A stretch of DNA of 64,000 bases from Acidimicrobiales bacterium. GTDB taxonomy: Bacteria > Actinomycetota > Acidimicrobiia > Acidimicrobiales > Bin134. The notes beneath the pieces were generated by a model that did not search any database, was not told the origin of the DNA, and saw only the letters and a program-made list of their open reading frames with translations. This document shows, one piece after another, positions 1-11,051 of the stretch (the stretch's first letter is position 1; each line of letters opens with the position of its first letter). The position numbers and the translations under genes are program-made. Where the stretch lies: contig OZ242339.1 of NCBI GenBank assembly GCA_965208505.1, forward strand, positions 1,331,876 to 1,395,875, written 5' to 3'.

Positions 1-767
1 GTCCACTGCAATGCCGACTGCCGATGCGAAGGGGGATTGGGCTCCTCCCCCCAGTGCACCGACATCGACTGGTTGTAGCCCGACTCGCCGATGTGGAATC
101 CGACGACTGCTCGGGCTTCGTTGACGCGAGCCCAGAACGGGTCGAAGACCGGGTCGGCGATGTTGCGGCCCCCAGCCGGCCCGGGCCGCAAGGACACGAT
201 TCGGGCCCCCTGGTCCAGCGCCCACTCCAACTCGGCCACCGCTCGGTCGGGATCGACCAGCGACATCAGAGGAGGGGCGTGGATGCGCCCGTCCCGGTTG
301 AGGCCCCATTCGTCGTCCAGCCAACGGTTGAAGGCGCCCAGATTGGCGTACAAAAGGTCGGGGTCATCGACCATGAAGTGCTCCACACATACGGCCAGCG
401 TGGGGAAAAGCACTGCGGCCTCCACCCCTTGGGCGTCGAGAACCTCGACCCGAGAGGCACGGGAAACGTATTCGGGGCGGTGTGGCTCGGATACCTGGCT
501 GCGTTTGACTACTTGGCCTCCACCCTGGCCCTGCTTCATAGCTTGGAGCATCTCCCGCAGCATCCCCGGCTTGGGGGCAGTGTCGAAGCTGCGATGTTCC
601 AAGAAGGTAAACCTCCGGTCGCCGATGTACACCTCCTCAGAGCCATCGGGCACGATCACCGGCCGCACTGCCCGATCAGCTAACGACGGGTCGATGTAGC
701 GGGTAAAAGCATCTCGGGGTTCGTAGTAGTGATTGTCGGCGTCGAACACCCGATATCCCAGATCCAT
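1..767 (-). CDS. Amidohydrolase-2 family metal-dependent hydrolase (5' end in window, 3' end beyond left edge)
   Basis: Own minus-strand translation from the ATG at 767: MDLGYRVFDADNHYYEPRDAFTRYIDP...LFPTLAV...HIGESGY. The frame stays open to position 1, so it is absent from the ORF track. The N-terminus is typical of actinobacterial Amidohydro_2 proteins. Confidence 0.7.
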   Translation of the reverse strand, partial: MDLGYRVFDADNHYYEPRDAFTRYIDPSLADRAVRPVIVPDGSEEVYIGDRRFTFLEHRSFDTAPKPGMLREMLQAMKQGQGGGQVVKRSQVSEPHRPEYVSRASRVEVLDAQGVEAAVLFPTLAVCVEHFMVDDPDLLYANLGAFNRWLDDEWGLNRDGRIHAPPLMSLVDPDRAVAELEWALDQGARIVSLRPGPAGGRNIADPVFDPFWARVNEARAVVGFHIGESGYNQSMSVHWGEEPNPPSHRQSALQW

Positions 768-848
768 GTGCACAGGTTAGGGCGGCATGAGGATGGCAAG
801 TAGGGTGGCGCCGGCAATCACCGCCCGATCAGTGAAGGAGAAACCGAG

Positions 849-1646
849 ATGGGACGGTTGGACGGAAAAGTAGCAATCATCACTGGAGCAGCCCGGGGGC
901 AGGGAGAAGCCGAGGCCCGGCTCTTTGCCTCTGAGGGGGCCAAAGTCGTGCTGGGAGATGTCCTTGACGACGACGGCGAGCAGGTCGCTGCCAGCATTGG
1001 CGAGAACGCCCGCTTTGTGCATCTCGACGTGGCTCAGGAGGACGACTGGGCGACGGCGGTTGACGCGGCCGCTAGTTTGGGATCGCTGACAATTCTGGTA
1101 AACAACGCCGCCATCCTCAAGCCGGCAGCCATCGAGGCAACCACTCTCGAGGACTACATGGAGGTCATCAACGTCAACCAAGTGGGCACGTTCCTCGGCA
1201 TGAAGACGGTGCTCGAGCCCATGAAGATGGCTGGCGGGGGCTCCATCGTGAACATCAGCTCCATCGACGGCCAGCAGTCCAAGAACGGCCTGATCAGCTA
1301 CACCGCCTCGAAATTCGCCATCCGGGGCATGACCAAGACTGCGGCTATCGAGTGGGGCCGGTTCGATATCCGGGTCAACTCCATCCACCCCGGAGGGGTG
1401 AACACTCCGATGGGCAATCCGATGAATGACCCTCGGGCAGAGAAAGAGCCCTACATCTACCAGGCCATTCCCCGGGTCGGTGAGCCCATCGAGATCGCCT
1501 ACGCTGCCCTCTTCTTGGCCAGCGACGAGGCGTCATACGTCACCGGCGCCGAGCTGAATGTGGACGGCGGCTGGCGAGCCGGTGCGGTCACTCCCGGACT
1601 CCCCGGCACCGACCATGTGGTCGACTACGGCTACGACCCCGACTGA
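849..1646 (+). CDS. SDR-family oxidoreductase (3-oxoacyl-ACP / hydroxysteroid dehydrogenase-like)
   Basis: Carries TGAARGQG (TGxxxGxG), NNAA, the catalytic YTASK (YxxxK) and IHPGGV. Length is 265 aa. Confidence 0.9.
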   Translation: MGRLDGKVAIITGAARGQGEAEARLFASEGAKVVLGDVLDDDGEQVAASIGENARFVHLDVAQEDDWATAVDAAASLGSLTILVNNAAILKPAAIEATTLEDYMEVINVNQVGTFLGMKTVLEPMKMAGGGSIVNISSIDGQQSKNGLISYTASKFAIRGMTKTAAIEWGRFDIRVNSIHPGGVNTPMGNPMNDPRAEKEPYIYQAIPRVGEPIEIAYAALFLASDEASYVTGAELNVDGGWRAGAVTPGLPGTDHVVDYGYDPD

Positions 1647-2340
1647 CGCCTCCCGTTTCCAGCACTCACCCTTGAGCGAAAAGCCACTCTGGGAAGCCCC
1701 TAGCGCTGCCTCCAGCCCTGACTACGGTGCTGGCATTGAGCGGCTGGCATTGGCCGGAGCGGCCCGCCGCCTTTTGAACGCGGCGAGGGTCACCGCGGTC
1801 GACGAAGACGCTGTTTCGGAGGCCACTGAGATGCTGGAACAAGCGGCCAAACTGCTGGAAGCCGACCAGATGGAAGGACTCCACCGCCAAGGGGTGATGG
1901 GCAATCTGGAAGCCGGGTTCGAATCACGCGACCCCATGCAGTTCTTCCCCTACAGCCCGATCATCGGACGGTTGAACCCGGCCTCGCCCCCCGCTGAGTT
2001 CTGGGCTGAGGGAGATGAGGTTCACGGAAGCATGAACCTGTCCGCGGTCTACGCCGGGCCGCCGGGAATGGTCCACGGCGGCATAATCGCCATGGTGTTC
2101 GACGAACTATTGGGCGTGGTAAACGTGGTCAACGACCGAGGTGGCTATACCGGCACGTTGAAGGTTGTATATCAAAGGCCCACGCCGCTGCTCAAAGAGA
2201 TCACGCTGCGAGCGTGGCCGTCAGGCAGCGAGGGGCGGAAGCTGTACGTGTCGGGCGAGATGGTTTGCGACGGAACCGTGACCGCCTCCGCCGAAGGTAT
2301 CTTCGTGCGGGCCAACCGGCTGCTCATCGACGACCTGTAG
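1615..2340 (+). CDS. PaaI/hotdog-fold thioesterase
   Basis: The C-terminal half (GMVHGGIIAMVFDELLG...TGTLKVVYQRP) is hotdog-like. The start is uncertain. The track start at 1558 overlaps the SDR by 89 nt, so the second in-frame ATG at 1615 is given. Confidence 0.65.
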   Translation: MWSTTATTPTDASRFQHSPLSEKPLWEAPSAASSPDYGAGIERLALAGAARRLLNAARVTAVDEDAVSEATEMLEQAAKLLEADQMEGLHRQGVMGNLEAGFESRDPMQFFPYSPIIGRLNPASPPAEFWAEGDEVHGSMNLSAVYAGPPGMVHGGIIAMVFDELLGVVNVVNDRGGYTGTLKVVYQRPTPLLKEITLRAWPSGSEGRKLYVSGEMVCDGTVTASAEGIFVRANRLLIDDL

Positions 2341-2367
2341 ACACCGGCTTCACCTCATTTGGGGCGG

Positions 2368-3627
2368 TCAGTGCTCTAGTTCAACCGCAAATCGGTCGGT
2401 GTAGAAGCTGAGCGCTTCGCGGCGCTCCGGCACGGTCATGTCGAAGTCGGCCAGGTCGTAGATCACCCGACCGTGTTTTCCGCGGGGGTGATCGTCCATA
2501 TAGGCGTCCATGGCGGCTTTTACCTCTTCAGTGAACGGCTGGTTGGCTAGCTTGTAGATGCGCTCCACCATGGCCACGTCGTCGGCCATGAACTCGTGAA
2601 ACAAAACGTCGATGGACTGCTCGGGCGGCACCAATTCGCGGTCGTCGGTACACGACTGGAGCATGTCGGCGATGAGCTGGGCCCACCACTGGCCAATGCC
2701 GCCGACGTCCACGGGATGGGTGGCGCTCATGCGGGCCGAATAGCAGATCATGGTGGCGAATGAGGCGGTAATCGATACCGGATCGCGGTGGGTGAACACC
2801 ACAGTGGCGTCGCCAAAGACGTTCATTAGGGGGCCAATCTGCTCCAAGTGCTGGGGCGACTTGAGCACCCAGCGCTCCCGGGGCGGGCGCTGGTGGGTGA
2901 GCACTTTGAGAATCCGCTTGAGGTACTGGTAGTGAGGCGTTTGGTCGTGTTCTTTGTAATAGGACCGCCAGGTGGGCAGCACGGCCAAGCAGTCGAACAG
3001 CATGGTGGAGAAGTCGATGCCCAGCAGGTGGATCTCCTCATGGACGTGATCCCAGGTCATCTCGTGCATGCGGGCGTAGTGGGGCATGGCCGTGTTGAGG
3101 ATCACCAGGCCGCTCTTGGCCCGCTCGATACGGCCTTCTGCAGTTCCGGCCTCCTCGGGAGGGGGAACCGGCTCCATGGCCTCCCACCAGGGCAGAGACC
3201 GCAGTGCGGGGTCGGCGGAAATGAGGTTGTGCAAATGGGTGGTGCCGGTGCGGGGCAGTCCGGCGATCACGATGGGACGGTCGATGGGCACATCTAGGGC
3301 ATCGGGGTGGTCCTTGATGTACTGCTCTATGCGCAGCCGATTGGCCGCAAACGCCGTGAGCTGGCCGAAGCTGCTCACCCGGCCCATGGGGGAGTGGTCG
3401 GCTTCGGCGTCCAATGAGCGGCACAGCACCTCGAGCGGGGCGCGGAACTCGTCGGGGCCGAAGTCGCTGAGCCCGGTCTGGGCGGTGGCCGCGCCCAGAA
3501 TCGCCTCAGGGCTCAACTCGATCTGATCGGCCATCGGCGCCGTCTGCTCCATCATTTGAGCGATCTCAGGAGCAAGTACCGGTTCTACGAGGTCTTCAAT
3601 GCGAATAGGGTCTGGTCGGTCGCTCAC
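2368..3627 (-). CDS. Sulfotransferase family protein
   Basis: Has a PAPS-binding loop-like GLPRTGTTHLHNL. Length is 419 aa, with family-typical LKSPQHL and FTHRDP segments. Confidence 0.75.
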   Translation of the reverse strand: MSDRPDPIRIEDLVEPVLAPEIAQMMEQTAPMADQIELSPEAILGAATAQTGLSDFGPDEFRAPLEVLCRSLDAEADHSPMGRVSSFGQLTAFAANRLRIEQYIKDHPDALDVPIDRPIVIAGLPRTGTTHLHNLISADPALRSLPWWEAMEPVPPPEEAGTAEGRIERAKSGLVILNTAMPHYARMHEMTWDHVHEEIHLLGIDFSTMLFDCLAVLPTWRSYYKEHDQTPHYQYLKRILKVLTHQRPPRERWVLKSPQHLEQIGPLMNVFGDATVVFTHRDPVSITASFATMICYSARMSATHPVDVGGIGQWWAQLIADMLQSCTDDRELVPPEQSIDVLFHEFMADDVAMVERIYKLANQPFTEEVKAAMDAYMDDHPRGKHGRVIYDLADFDMTVPERREALSFYTDRFAVELEH

Positions 3628-3650
3628 GCCCGGCAGAATAGCGGTGGGGT

Positions 3651-4058
3651 CTATGGCAGCCGAAGCCGCTCCACTGGCTGGCCGGTGACTTCGGCTATCA
3701 GCTCGTAGTCCTTGTCCACATGAAGCACGGTGAGCTGAGCAGATTCGGCAGTAGCGGCGATGAGTAGATCGGGGATCGCCGGTGCCCGGTGTCGGCCGAG
3801 AATTGCCAGAGACCTTTGAATCTCCAAGGCTCGGTCTTCAATTGCAGGTGTTATGTACTCCACGGGCATCTCGGCCAGCGGGGGTTCCTCGAGGGTTATG
3901 CGGTAGTCCTCGGCTGAACGAGCCGAAAACCCGATTTCAAGTTGGGTTAGTGTCGTAACTCGAACTAGGCCGTGCTGAATTCTTGACGTCCACTCTTCAG
4001 CATCGGGACTGCTCGCCAATCGCACAGAGGCAGACTTGTCGATAAGCCATCTAGTCAC
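3651..4058 (-). CDS. vapC: PIN-domain ribonuclease toxin VapC
   Basis: 135 aa with a PIN-like layout (LIDKSA..., [23 protein letters not shown]). It overlaps the upstream antitoxin ORF by 4 nt. Confidence 0.8.
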   Translation of the reverse strand: MTRWLIDKSASVRLASSPDAEEWTSRIQHGLVRVTTLTQLEIGFSARSAEDYRITLEEPPLAEMPVEYITPAIEDRALEIQRSLAILGRHRAPAIPDLLIAATAESAQLTVLHVDKDYELIAEVTGQPVERLRLP

Positions 4059-4276
4059 GACCAGGCTTTGGCCATCACTTCAGGATCAGCGAGGTCTGCA
4101 CAGCGCTCTGCGAAACGCTCCAAATCAGCCACTGTTGTCCGACCGTGCCCTCTGGTGCATTCTCGAGCGAGCACTCGTCTTAGATACTCGGCCCGGGACA
4201 GCCCAGCGCTCGACGCCTTGGCATCGATCTCCACCACCAAGTCGTCAGGTACCCCTCGGATCAATATGTCACCCAT
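4055..4276 (-). CDS. vapB: VapB-type antitoxin (RHH/FitA-like)
   Basis: 73 aa with [33 protein letters not shown] (beta-strand plus helices of an RHH fold). It is translationally coupled to vapC. Confidence 0.7.
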   Translation of the reverse strand: MGDILIRGVPDDLVVEIDAKASSAGLSRAEYLRRVLARECTRGHGRTTVADLERFAERCADLADPEVMAKAWS

Positions 4277-4470
4277 AGGTGCGACCTCGTTGCCGTTGAT
4301 ATCGCCGATATCATAACAGGGACAACCGACGGCGCGGCCTCATCGGGCTTTTCTTGAAGCCCAGGGACTGAGCCCCCAGGAATTCGCCGACGGATTCACC
4401 AACGCCAGTCAGCTTTATGTGGACGGCGGCTCAGCGGCCAATATCTGAGTCGAAACAGAAAAGGAAGAGA

Positions 4471-5199
4471 CCAATGCCCCAACATGTGCCCGAGATCGAG
4501 TGGACCGAGGATGCCCTGGAACTGCGGCAGTTCGTGTTCGACTACTGGGGGGAGAACAAGCGAGCCCCCAACCTGGCCGCCATGCACGCTGGGACCGGCA
4601 TCCAACGACGCCGCTTGATGGAGGCGCTCAAGCTCTTGCAGTTGGGGATCGTGTTCGTGATCGACGAGACCTCGCCCAACTGCGACATCTTGAAAGCTCC
4701 GCCGTTTTCGGCATTCCCCAGTCAGGTTGAGATGTTCGTCGACGGGGAGTTTCACAGTTACATCGGCTGCGCCCACGAGGGAATCGGTGTGTCGTGGACC
4801 CCGTACTTCCGAGGCAAAGAAGTGGAACTGCGGACTTACGACGCCCACACGCTGGAGCCCATCACCCTGGTGTCCAAAGACTTCAAGCTGATCTCAGCCG
4901 AGCCATCCGAACCGCTGATCCTGTGTACCGAAGTGATCTGGGACTGGGTGAGCACCGACATGAAGCACATGTGCGATCACACCAACTTCGTGCTGAGCCG
5001 CGAGAACGGTGCCGCTTACGAGGCCTCTATCGGTCGCCGGGGCATCTACTTCACCGTCGAGCAGGTGGCTGAGTACATCGCTTTCGTGCTGAACATCCGC
5101 ATCTACGACTACCACTGGCCAGCCATGACCATGGATCCCCCCATGATCATCAACCGCCTCCGAGAGCTCGATGTCGACCTGAGTCCTTGGGGGTTATGA
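4471..5199 (+). CDS. MerB-like (alkylmercury lyase family) protein, divergent
   Basis: The ATG at 4471 is preceded by AAGGAAGAG. By-eye alignment to MerB places IGCAHE against WCALD (Cys96/Asp99) and MCDHTNFV against FCCHVHFF (Cys159). An N-terminal HTH-like segment is present. Confidence 0.45.
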   Translation, partial: PMPQHVPEIEWTEDALELRQFVFDYWGENKRAPNLAAMHAGTGIQRRRLMEALKLLQLGIVFVIDETSPNCDILKAPPFSAFPSQVEMFVDGEFHSYIGCAHEGIGVSWTPYFRGKEVELRTYDAHTLEPITLVSKDFKLISAEPSEPLILCTEVIWDWVSTDMKHMCDHTNFVLSRENGAAYEASIGRRGIYFTVEQVAEYIAFVLNIRIYDYHWPAMTMDPPMIINRLRELDVDLSPWGL

Positions 5200-5213
5200 G
5201 GCAGGGAGCCTGT

Positions 5214-7385
5214 CTATTGGCTTGCTGCCTTTTGGCGGCGGCGGTGGGCGGTGAGGATGGGTTCGGTGTAGCCGTTGGGCTGGTCGCGACCTTCTAGCAC
5301 CAGGGCCAAGGCGGCTCCGAATGGAATGCTGGCCGAGAAATCCCCGCTCATGGGCTCATAGTCGGGCTCGTCGGCGTTCTGGCTGTCCACCACCGAGGCC
5401 ATCCGATGCATGGCCTCTACCACTTGCTCTTCGGACAACAGCCCGTGGTGGAGCCAGTTGGCAATGTGCTGGGAAGAGATCCGCAGGGTGGCCCGATCTT
5501 CCATCAGTCCGACGTTGTCGATATCGGGCACCTTGGAGCAGCCCACCCCCTGGCCCACCCACCGGGTTACGTAGCCCAAGATGCCCTGGGCGTTGTTGTC
5601 CAATTCCCGTTGGATCTCCGCCGGGGACAGCTCGCGGCCCGGCGGAAGCACTGCTGGGGTCAGCATGGCTTGAACAGCCGCGTGGCGCGCTGCGGGCGAG
5701 GTGTCCAGTTCACCTTGCCGGGCGGCCACATCGATCTCCAGGTAGTGGAGGGCGTGAAGGGTGGCCGCAGTAGGGGAGGGGACCCACGCGGTGGACGCCC
5801 CGGCCTTGGGGTGACCTATCTTCTCGTCCAGCATGGCGGCCATGTCGTCGGGCCTGGCCCACATGCCTTTGCCGATCTGGGCGTGCCCCGGCAGGCCCAT
5901 GGCCAGCCCGACGGCCACGTTGGCCTCCTCGTAGGCGGTAAGCCACCTTGACGTCTTGATCTCCGCTTTTGGGATCATGGGTCCGGCATCCATGTTGGTG
6001 TGGATGTCGTCTCCGGTGCGGTCCAAGAACCCTGTGTTGATGAACACCACCCGTTCGGAGGCCTCGGCGATGCAGGCAGCCAGATTGAGCGACGTGCGGC
6101 GCTCCTCGTCCATGATTCCCATCTTCAGCGCGTTAGGAGCGATTCCCAGGACGTCTTCAATTGCGGTGAACAGTTCTCGAACCAGAGCGGTCTCACGGGG
6201 GCCGTGCAGCTTCGGCATCACGATGTAGACCGACCCGGCAGGGCTATTGCGATGGGGTCCGGTTCCGGCCAGATCGAACTTTGCGCACCAGGCAGCCACC
6301 GCAACGTCGATGATCGTCTCAGGAATCGACTGGCCGCCTACTCGCACCATGTCGGTATCCATATGCAAGCCCACGCTGCGAACCAACATGACGCTGCGCC
6401 GCCGCACCGTCAACGGGTTCCCCAAGGGGTCGATCGCCGCAGTGTCGGCATTCAGACTGCGGGTTATGGACTGGCCGCCTTTGGCAAACGAAGCCGTGAG
6501 GTTGTCCTGCATCAGGCCAAGCCAGTTGGCGTAGGCCAAAGCCTTGTCTTCGGCGTCCACTGCGGCCACGGAATCTTCCAAATCCATGATGGTGGTTAGG
6601 GCCGACTCCATCATCACGTCGGCAATCCCCGCAGGGTCGTCTCGGCCGATGTCGTGGCTTCGGTCGATCACCAGCTCGATATGAAGCCCGTTTTTTTGCA
6701 GCAGAACCGTGTCAGGAGCCGACGCGTCGCCAGTGTGGCCGGCGAACTGTTCAGGATCAGCCAGCCCAGCAGATACGCCGTCGGACAGATCAATCCGCAG
6801 CCCACCGTCAGACACCGCATAGGCCAATGCGTCGGCGTGAGACCCTGAAACAAGCGGGAAATGAGTGTCCATCAGAGATCGAACCCGGCCGATCACCCGT
6901 TGACCCCGTACTGGATTGTACGGCCCGGCCCGCCCAGCTCCTCCTGTTTCGTCGATGGCATCGGTGCCGTAGAAAGCGTCGTACAAGCTGCCCCAGCGGG
7001 CGTTGGCCGCGTTGAGGGCATAGCGGGCGTTGTCAACCGGCACCACAAGCTGCGGTCCGGCCATTAGCGAGATCTCCGGATCGACCCCCGCGGTGGTCAC
7101 CGGCCCCGGACCGGGGTCATCCACCAGATATCCGATAGAGCGCAAGAAAGCATTGGCATTCTCAGGTTGTGTTTCTGGGTCTTGGTGCCAAGCGTCAATC
7201 CGGGCCTGGAGGTCGTCTCGCTCGTTGCGGCAGGCTTGTATTTGCGGTCGAAAACGCTCAACGATCCCACCGAATGCGGCCCAGAATTCGTCAGGGTCCA
7301 CTCCAGTGCCCGGCGCCAGCCGCTTGCCAATGAAGTCGGCCAGAGGGCTAGCCACTTCGGGCGTTCCAATCATCTTGTAGACCAC
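5214..7385 (-). CDS. glcB: Malate synthase G
   Basis: 723 aa, with MSG-type sequence throughout ([28 protein letters not shown]). The start could instead be the ATG at 7373 (MIGTPEV). Confidence 0.95.
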   Translation of the reverse strand: MVYKMIGTPEVASPLADFIGKRLAPGTGVDPDEFWAAFGGIVERFRPQIQACRNERDDLQARIDAWHQDPETQPENANAFLRSIGYLVDDPGPGPVTTAGVDPEISLMAGPQLVVPVDNARYALNAANARWGSLYDAFYGTDAIDETGGAGRAGPYNPVRGQRVIGRVRSLMDTHFPLVSGSHADALAYAVSDGGLRIDLSDGVSAGLADPEQFAGHTGDASAPDTVLLQKNGLHIELVIDRSHDIGRDDPAGIADVMMESALTTIMDLEDSVAAVDAEDKALAYANWLGLMQDNLTASFAKGGQSITRSLNADTAAIDPLGNPLTVRRRSVMLVRSVGLHMDTDMVRVGGQSIPETIIDVAVAAWCAKFDLAGTGPHRNSPAGSVYIVMPKLHGPRETALVRELFTAIEDVLGIAPNALKMGIMDEERRTSLNLAACIAEASERVVFINTGFLDRTGDDIHTNMDAGPMIPKAEIKTSRWLTAYEEANVAVGLAMGLPGHAQIGKGMWARPDDMAAMLDEKIGHPKAGASTAWVPSPTAATLHALHYLEIDVAARQGELDTSPAARHAAVQAMLTPAVLPPGRELSPAEIQRELDNNAQGILGYVTRWVGQGVGCSKVPDIDNVGLMEDRATLRISSQHIANWLHHGLLSEEQVVEAMHRMASVVDSQNADEPDYEPMSGDFSASIPFGAALALVLEGRDQPNGYTEPILTAHRRRQKAASQ

Positions 7386-7422
7386 GAGAAGTCAGGGTAG
7401 GCCCGGTCAAGCCTGACTTCTC
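7386..7422. promoter_or_regulatory. Perfect 11-bp inverted repeat (GAGAAGTCAGG-N15-CCTGACTTCTC) in the glcB/aceA divergent intergenic region
   Basis: Read directly: arms at 7386-7396 and 7412-7422. The repeat abuts the glcB start. Confidence 0.6.
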
Positions 7423-7522
7423 AAGCAAGATCAGATTTCCCGCGAATAAAGGTGCAGCTAGAAGCGGTCCTGTTGCTAGCCTGCCCGGACAACAATGCTC
7501 TAGCCACCAAAGAGGTATCAGC

Positions 7523-9793
7523 ATGGCCGCCAACGTTGCCGGTTCATTCGATGCCGAGGCCCGATCCACCCAGGCGTGGATGGCTTCGCCCCGCTTCGAG
7601 GGGGTGACCCGCCTGTACTCGGCTCGCCAAGTGGTGGAACAGCGCGGGGCGATCGACCAGAGCCACACGGTGGCTCGCGTCGCCGCTGAGCGGTTCTACA
7701 CCCGCTTGCGAGAGCTGTTCGACCAGGGCCAGTGCATTTCCACATTCGGCCCGTACTCACCGGGCCAGGCCGTTGCCATGAAGCGGGCGGGCATCGAGGG
7801 TATCTACCTGGGCGGATGGGCCACGTCGGCCAAGGGCTCTTTGCACGAGGACCCTGGTCCTGATCTGGCCAGCTACCCACTGGGCATGGTGCCCGACGAG
7901 GCCGCCGGACTGGTGCGGGCGTTGTTGACCGCGGACCGCAACCAGCGCTTCGCCCGGTCCCGGATGACCGCATCTGAGCGTTCGGCCAACCCCGAGGTCG
8001 ATTTCACGCCCAGCATCATCGCCGACGCCGACACTGGCCACGGTGGAGATGCCCATGTCCGCAATCTGATCCGCCGCTTCGTGGAGGCCGGAGTTCCCGG
8101 CTATCACATCGAAGATCAAAAGCCCGGCGTCAAAAAGTGCGGCCACCAGGGGGGCAAGGTCTTGGTGCCGTGCGATGAGCAGATCAAACGGTTGAACGCA
8201 GCCCGATTCCAACTCGACGTGATGGGGGTGCCCGGCATCATCGTGGCCCGCACCGACGCGGAGGCGGCCAACCTGCTGGACGGCGGGACCGACGAGCGCG
8301 ACCAGCCGTTCATTATGGGGGCTACCCAGCTATCGGTTCCCTCATATAAGGACGCCTACTTGGCGGTATTGCGCCGGCTGGCCGAGGTCGGCATTGAGGG
8401 TGTGAACGGCCATTTGCTGTATGCCGTGCCTGAGAACCGCTACAAGCGGGCTATGGGTTGGCTGGATCAGACCGGGGTCAACCAGATCATCGAGAAGACG
8501 GCGGTCACCTACCATTCCTCGCCCGACCCCCGAGCCGACGACGCAGTGGACCGCGTCTCTGATGCGCTGGCCGAGGCGTGGCATCGGGCATCCGGGCTGG
8601 CTACCTATTCCCAAGCGGTGGCCGACCAGCTGGTGATGCGGTCAGCGGAGGGGGAGACCTTCGGGATGGATGCGGGGGAGTGGCTCGGCTACGCCAGCAC
8701 TGTCGACACCGACACCGCTCGGGAACGGGCGGTGGAGATGGGTCTGGATGTGGCCTGGGATCCCGAGGTCGCCCGGACCACTGAGGGCTACTACCAGGTG
8801 CAGGGCGGAATCCCCTATGCGGTGGCCAAGTCGCTAGCGGTGGCTCCGTTCTGCGACTTGCTGTGGATGGAGACCAAAACCGCCGACCTTGAAGATGCCC
8901 GGGAGTTCGCCGAGGCCGTCCATGCGGTGCATCCCGACAAGATGCTGGCCTACAACCTGTCGCCGTCGTTCAACTGGGACACCACCGGCATGAGCGAGGA
9001 CGAGATGAGGGAGTTCCCTGCGGAATTGGGCCGGTTGGGGTTCGTGTTCAACTTCATCACCTACGGCGGCCACCAAGTGGACGGGATGGCGGGGGAGGAG
9101 TTCGCCGCCTCCCTCCAACAGGACGGAATGCTGGCGCTGGCCCGGCTTCAGCGGAGGTTCCGCCTGGTGGACTCCCCGTACAGGACGCCGCAGACCCTGG
9201 TTGGCGGGCCTCGCCTGGACGCCGCGCTTATGGCCAGCTCGGGGCGCACCGCCACCACCCGTGCCATGGGCAAGGGCTCTACCCAGTTCCAGCACCTGGT
9301 GCAGACCGAGGTGCCCACCCGAGAGCTCGAGGCCTGGCTGGAGCGCTGGGCGGCCCACAACACCATCGACGCCCAGTTGAAAGTGAAGCTGCGGCCTTAC
9401 ACCGCCGGGTCGGAGATCCTCGAGTTGGTGGTGTACAGCGGCACGAACGACTTGGCCAACGTGGTGTTCGGGGTGCTGACCGACCGGCGGGGCCGGGCCA
9501 TCCTCTCGGTGCGGGACCAGAACACCCACAGTCCTGCGCTGCGCCGCAAGCGGCTGATGGCGCTCATGCACCTTTATCTCATCCGCCGATACAGCGCGGT
9601 TTCGATCCAATACCTCACACCTACCGACGACAACTATGGCCAGGCTGTGGGAATGAAGGAGCTCGGCTTCTTCGCCTCAGTGTCCGACGAGGTGGGAGAG
9701 ATCATCGTCGCCGACGTCGACGAGGCGGTGGTGACCAAGCTGGTGAGCGAAGACGATGCCTTGCAAGAGCTCATCCAGGGTAGGGGCGCCTAG
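7523..9793 (+). CDS. aceA: Isocitrate lyase, long ICL2-type (with C-terminal extra domain)
   Basis: Carries the ICL signature KKCGHQGGK. Its 756 aa is comparable to mycobacterial ICL2 rather than the ~430 aa ICL1. Confidence 0.95.
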   Translation: MAANVAGSFDAEARSTQAWMASPRFEGVTRLYSARQVVEQRGAIDQSHTVARVAAERFYTRLRELFDQGQCISTFGPYSPGQAVAMKRAGIEGIYLGGWATSAKGSLHEDPGPDLASYPLGMVPDEAAGLVRALLTADRNQRFARSRMTASERSANPEVDFTPSIIADADTGHGGDAHVRNLIRRFVEAGVPGYHIEDQKPGVKKCGHQGGKVLVPCDEQIKRLNAARFQLDVMGVPGIIVARTDAEAANLLDGGTDERDQPFIMGATQLSVPSYKDAYLAVLRRLAEVGIEGVNGHLLYAVPENRYKRAMGWLDQTGVNQIIEKTAVTYHSSPDPRADDAVDRVSDALAEAWHRASGLATYSQAVADQLVMRSAEGETFGMDAGEWLGYASTVDTDTARERAVEMGLDVAWDPEVARTTEGYYQVQGGIPYAVAKSLAVAPFCDLLWMETKTADLEDAREFAEAVHAVHPDKMLAYNLSPSFNWDTTGMSEDEMREFPAELGRLGFVFNFITYGGHQVDGMAGEEFAASLQQDGMLALARLQRRFRLVDSPYRTPQTLVGGPRLDAALMASSGRTATTRAMGKGSTQFQHLVQTEVPTRELEAWLERWAAHNTIDAQLKVKLRPYTAGSEILELVVYSGTNDLANVVFGVLTDRRGRAILSVRDQNTHSPALRRKRLMALMHLYLIRRYSAVSIQYLTPTDDNYGQAVGMKELGFFASVSDEVGEIIVADVDEAVVTKLVSEDDALQELIQGRGA

Positions 9794-11004
9794 TCGGCCC
9801 TCAGACGCGCCATTGCCGAGCGAAGACCCAGGGTCAGGATTCCGGTTAGGCCAGCTACCCCAGTGAGCAGCACGAGTCCGGCGCTGAAACCACCGATGTC
9901 GGCGAGAACGCCGAACAAGATCGGTCCGGTTACGCCACCGGCTTCACCAACGGTGAAGAACAATCCGCCGGCCGCTCCCATATTGCGCTGCGCAACGCCG
10001 GGGAGCTGCATCATCACCACAAGGGCAATCGGTACAGCCAGCCCTCTACTGATGCCGATGATGGCCAACCCGACCAAGGTGGCCGCCTTGATGTCCACAT
10101 AGAGCAGAATGGAGGCGGCGGCGAACACGGCATAAACCGCGGCCATAACTGCGATCCGACTGCTTTCTGGGATCAGGCGCGGCCCCAGCAGCGCACCGAC
10201 GATGCTCAGGGCAGTGACCGCGCCGGCCAGGTAGCCCGCTGCTGAACTGGAGAATCCCCGGTCTTCGATCACGGTGGGGAGCCATCCATTGAGGGCGTGA
10301 TTGAAGAAGAACATGCCAAGGGCCACTATCAGCATGAGCTGGACGGCTCGATGACGCAGAAGGCCCCTGGCACCAGAGAAGCCGTGGTCGGGATTGGTAT
10401 CGCGGTCCACTCCAGGAGCGAGTTTCTCTCCGGCGGAGGCGGCGACCATCCAGACAGCTATGATCGCCACGGTGATGAGGGCGTAAACCATGAGCGTCGC
10501 CCGCCAGCTCTGGTCGAATGCCGGCATGAGGAGGCTGTTGGCGGTAACCAGGGGCAGAACTCCGCCGATGGCCGGTGCCGACATGGTGATCCCCATGGCC
10601 AGCGCTCGCTCTTCCTCGTCGAACCACACGCTGATCAGCTTGGGAGCGCCCACCGAAACCAGCGGCCCGCCAAGGCCGAACAATGCCACCGAGCCGAACA
10701 TGCCGATGAAATTGGTGACGACCGGACGCAACAGCGCGGAGGCAGAGATGATCACGGTGGCGATTCCCAGCGAGCGGCGCAGTCCGAGCCGATCGACCAG
10801 CGCTCCAGATGGCATCGCCGCAACGAGAAACACTAGAGGCCAAGCCCCCAGAATTGTTCCCATGGCCCCTTTGCTCAGATCCAAGTCCTCTCGGATCACG
10901 TTTACCAGCGGGGTCATGCCGAATACCGCTATCCCAAAGGAGAAGTACACCATCCACAGCGCACCGAGCATCACCCAGCGATAGGAGTGGCTGTGTTGAT
11001 GCAC
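9790..11004 (-). CDS. MFS transporter
   Basis: Polytopic hydrophobic profile with an MFS motif-A-like [14 protein letters not shown]. The start is uncertain (GTG at 11004 or ATG at 10971). The track start at 11106 would overlap the divergent SDR gene. Confidence 0.75.
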   Translation of the reverse strand: MHQHSHSYRWVMLGALWMVYFSFGIAVFGMTPLVNVIREDLDLSKGAMGTILGAWPLVFLVAAMPSGALVDRLGLRRSLGIATVIISASALLRPVVTNFIGMFGSVALFGLGGPLVSVGAPKLISVWFDEEERALAMGITMSAPAIGGVLPLVTANSLLMPAFDQSWRATLMVYALITVAIIAVWMVAASAGEKLAPGVDRDTNPDHGFSGARGLLRHRAVQLMLIVALGMFFFNHALNGWLPTVIEDRGFSSSAAGYLAGAVTALSIVGALLGPRLIPESSRIAVMAAVYAVFAAASILLYVDIKAATLVGLAIIGISRGLAVPIALVVMMQLPGVAQRNMGAAGGLFFTVGEAGGVTGPILFGVLADIGGFSAGLVLLTGVAGLTGILTLGLRSAMARLRAD

Positions 11005-11051
11005 GCCGGGACCGTAGCAATCGCCGGTCGCCCATCTGTCATGCTGACCCC

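Noticed and set aside
1558-1614. The track start at 1558 for the thioesterase, and similar extended starts (11106 MFS, 10809 SDR, 34826 NUDIX, 48242 pup, 40673 GDPD, 41422 ABC, 30446 tadC, 28216 tadA).
   Set aside because: These extensions overlap the preceding or divergent gene substantially and have non-coding-like composition. Internal starts with SD sequences or stop-start coupling were preferred.
1915-1925. GGGTTCGAATC, a tRNA T-arm-like string.
   Set aside because: It lies inside the thioesterase CDS with no flanking acceptor, D or anticodon arms. No tRNA, rRNA or tmRNA-like structure was recognised anywhere in the window.
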